A stretch of DNA of 63,853 nucleotides, counting the filler. It is 4 parts of 4 records of this genome, joined end to end, with 100 filler letters (N's around TTAATTAATTAA, not from the genome) between each part and the next. Parts side by side here need not be neighbours in the genome. Positions count along the whole stretch, not along the records: positions 55,526 to 63,853 come from DRR723986_7012; 3 more parts are not named here. One strand, written 5' to 3'. Both the position numbers and the translations under genes were made by a program. The notes under the pieces were generated by a model. The model saw only the letters and a program-made list of their open reading frames with translations, ran no database searches and was not told where the DNA came from. Positions 60,850 through 63,853 of this stretch are shown here, piece by piece. The stretch's first letter is position 1. Each line of letters begins with the position of its first letter.

Positions 60850-63800
60850 CTTGTCGTGGTTCCCATGGTGACCCGGTAGTAGCCCGAGGTGGCGTTCGCG
60901 ACGCGCTCCTGGGCGTCGAGGCAGTCGGCAAAGACGCGCTCGCTCTCGACGCTCGGCACGCCCCAGATCTCGACCTGCTGCAGGCCCGAGTGGGGGCTCG
61001 TCGGGGCATAGTACGAGTCGACGGACACGCGCCAGTAGCGGGCCTCGGCGGCGGTGGACCCCTCGGGCAGCACCACGACGTTGGAGGGGTTCTGCGGGCC
61101 GCCCAGCGTGTTGTAGAGCTCGGTGCTGGCGATGGTGCGGAACAGGTCCCCGCCGGTGGACGAGCCCAGGGTCACCTGGCGGACGTCCTCGCTGGTGCTG
61201 CCGCTGCCGTAGTTGCTGTTGTAGATGACCACCTTCTGCACGCGGAAGCTCTTGCCCAGGTCGATGGTCACCGACACGCGCTTGTCCTTGTTGGCGAACT
61301 TCCACGGCACGCAGTCGTGGCCGGCGCACCCGTCCACCACGTGGTCGGCCTCGAAGCCGGGCAGGTCGCCCGTGCTGGTCACCTTCTTGCGCAGGGCGAG
61401 GTTCTGGCCCACGCCGATGCCCCGGCGCCCGCGGCCCGCGATCCAGATGTTGCGGATGTCCTCGACCGACAGCGCGCGGTTGAACACGCCCACCTCGTCC
61501 ACGCCGCCGGGGTTCTCGCCGGCCGAGCCGATGCGCATCAGGCGCGTGCCGCACGCCACCTTGTCCACCTGGCCCACGCGCTGCAGCCCGCCGGTCTCCG
61601 ACCCCACGTAGAACGTGCTGGTGCCGTCGACCGAGTCGTCGCGCGCGCCCCTGCCCGTGACCACGACGAGCTGCCACGCGCCCACGGTGACGCTGAAGCC
61701 CGAGTCGACGGGGAAGAAGGCGCCGCGCCGCCCCGAGTACACGCCCAGCACGTTCGCCATGGAGCCCGAGGAGCGGGTCTGGATGGGCGAGTCCTGCGTG
61801 TTCTTCACCACCGTCTTGACCGCGCCGGGGCCCCAGTACACCCAGGCGTAGATCGTGTACTCGCGCGACAGCACAAGGGTGTCGCCGGTCGCCAGGAAGC
61901 CGGACGAGAGGTCGAGCGTCGGCACGCCGCCCAGCGGCGCCTTGCCCACGCGCCCGCCGCCCACCTCGAACTGCACGTTGCGCGCGCCGTCGCACGCAAA
62001 GAAGGGCGGGGCGCCGTCGGCGAACTGCACGTGCGCGTCCGCCTCGTCGCTGTAGCGCCCGTACAGCGCGCGCACCACCGTGGACAGCACGCCGCCGTTG
62101 TTGTACGGCGTGTCGTCGTAGTGACAGATGCCCTGGTCGATCACCGACGCCCCGTCCGCGTCGCGGCTCAGGCGCAGCAGGCCCTTGGCCGTGTAGTGCG
62201 CCGTGCGCCCGAGCACCTCCTCCTTGCACACGTCGCGCTGGCGCCCGATGCTGCCGTAGTTGAAGTCGTACACGTCGCCGTCGTCCGCCATCACGAGCGA
62301 CGCGCGCAGCGGGCGGCGCCCCACGTCGAACACGCGGCCCAGCGTGAACACGAGGTCCTGGCGCGTCGGGTCGTCGGGGTCCGCCTCGTACCCGCCCAGC
62401 GGCAGCGGGTCCAGCACGCGCTGCAGCGTGGTGGAGCCGTTCAGCACCGCCTCGCACCCCTCCGCGCACGCCCCCGTCGTGGTGAACAGCAGCAGGTGCG
62501 ACAGGCGCCGCTGCAGCGCGGACTCGGGCGCCAGCGCGAACTGGCGGATGGCCGCGTCGTTCCCAAAGTCGGAGAAGATGGGCGCGTACGCCTTGTTGTT
62601 CCACACGCGCTCCTTGTTGCACCCGCTGCGGTACGAGTGGCGCACCTCCGGCTGCCGCAGCGCGCGCGTGTACAGGCTGGCGCACTTGATGCTGCCCGCC
62701 AGGCCCCGCCCCACCTCCACGCGCGTCGCCTTGGCGGGGAAGCTGGCCACGATGCCCTTGACAAACGGCGAGTCCTCGCCGTACGGCTCGCCGTTGCGGA
62801 ACGTGGTGATCACCTGCTTGCCGTCGTCGCCCTCCTCCCACGTGAACGCCAGGTGCACGAAGCTCTCCGTCGCGTCCACCTTCTCGTCCGTGCCCCACGG
62901 GTCGGCGGAGCGCACGCCGCCGTCGCTCCCGGGCGCCCAGTGCCCGCGCCCCGACGCCAGCTGCGGCACGCCGTACGTCACCGCGTCGAACACCACCCGG
63001 TCGCCCTTGGTCCGCACCGCGATCGCCTCGGCGTTGGTCTGGTCCAGCGCGCCCAGCCGCACCCACGCCTCCAGCGTCTTGGCGCGCACGACCTGCTTCA
63101 GGGCCGGCCCCGCGAGGAAGTTGCCCTCCTCCCCGTCGTCCTCTTCCCCGTTGCCCTCGCCCTCGCCCTCTCCCTCGTCCCCGTCCAAGGGGTCCAGGGG
63201 CAAGGGGGTGCTGGCGGGCGTGGGCGTGGGCGTGGCGACGATGCGCTCGCACAGCGGGAACTGCAGCGAGGCGCACGGGAAGGCCTTGATGCCGCGCGCG
63301 TCGAACACCGTGCACGAGCCCTTGACGCCGCTCGCGTACCACTCGTTGTACGCCCCGGACGCCACGGGCATGGTCATGCCCTCCACGCCGAGGTCCCAAA
63401 GCCACCCGCCCGCGCCCTTGTCGTCGCAGCCGCCCTCCTTGCACTGGGCGGCGAGCCAGCCGCAAAGGTTGCGGCTGCAGAACTCGCGCAGCGCGCTCAT
63501 CTTGTGGAGCGACTCCACGGTGGCCAGGCGCCCGTTGTTCTCCCTGCAGTACGCCGCGGCGTCGTCGCGCGGCAGCTGCGTGGGGCCCTTGAACAGCACG
63601 TCCATGCCGGCCATCGCCCACACGCTCACCATGTTCAGCTTGTCGGCCGAGTTGCAGCTGCGGCCGCCGCGCAGGCAGCGCGTGCCCTTGTTGCCGGCGA
63701 AGCAGTCGCTGTCGGGCGGGCTCGTGCCCCCCATCTGGAACCGGTCGCACGCCGCCTCGAACGACTCGGCGTCGGGGTGGGTGCTCTCGAACATGTCGAA

Positions 63801-63851
63801 CGACGGCGACGAGAACGTCGCCCAACGGTCCGTCGCGCCCGTCGCGCCCGT
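60850..63851 (-). CDS. Eukaryotic mosaic protein, upstream exon open past the window end (C-type lectin, two LamG-like, F5/8-type domain)
   Basis: AAAYCRENNGRLATV...WLWD...C...PLCE; TLEAWVRL; YTIYAWVYW...VDEVGVFNRAL; NLALRKKV...IDLG...VEIWG. Confidence 0.82.
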
Positions 63852-63853
63852 CG

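Noticed and set aside
55556-63825. Very long alternative ORFs (55556-57742 +, 57764-60778 +, 58179-60710 -, 60763-63825 -)
   Set aside because: Arg/Gly/Ala-rich shadow frames caused by extreme GC3 bias of the real minus-strand gene; no recognisable motifs
1-63853. CRISPR arrays, tRNA/rRNA genes, transposases or integrases
   Set aside because: No repeat-spacer periodicity, RNA gene signatures or recombinase motifs seen by eye

Overview
The window is four unrelated contigs joined by artificial 100-nt linkers (N44-TTAATTAATTAA-N44 at 25145-25244, 48087-48186, 55426-55525). (1) 1-25144 is a Rhodobacteraceae-type accessory, probably plasmid, segment. It holds an ~18.5-kb copper-resistance island: two CPC-type P1B ATPases, CopZ, three CueR-type promoters, a Met-rich EF-hand protein, DUF302, a DedA/TVP38 protein, an accessory lgt and a Cys-rich CorE-like ECF sigma factor. 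The island also carries a beta-CASP nuclease/AMP-phosphorylase-like/PRPP-synthetase cassette, DUF2933, an ICMT-like protein, a cytochrome c, a Rossmann reductase, a UbiB kinase fused to an ATC-hydrolase-like Cys domain and an APC permease. Backbone-like genes, a Fic gene, a SIR2-like remnant and a partial RND permease follow. (2) 25245-48086 is roseobacter-type chromosome (folE2, trkH, TPP enzyme, glyQ, gltS, glyS, divergent ppdK, folB, folP, Rieske oxygenase, ilvC), with an AKP-rich protein behind tandem PhaR-like boxes. (3) 48187-55425 has a partial Fe-ADH, a hydrolase, modE-modABC, a GAF-Fis regulator lacking AAA+ and an aldehyde dehydrogenase. (4) 55526-63853 is eukaryotic: one minus-strand gene with two in-phase GT-AG introns encoding at least 2627 aa of lectin-type modules. 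The best candidates for undescribed biology are the CorE-like sigma with its downstream nuclease/NMP-phosphorylase/PRS cassette, the UbiB-ATC fusion module and the PhaR-boxed AKP protein. All family calls come from motif recognition by eye; no database searches were run.
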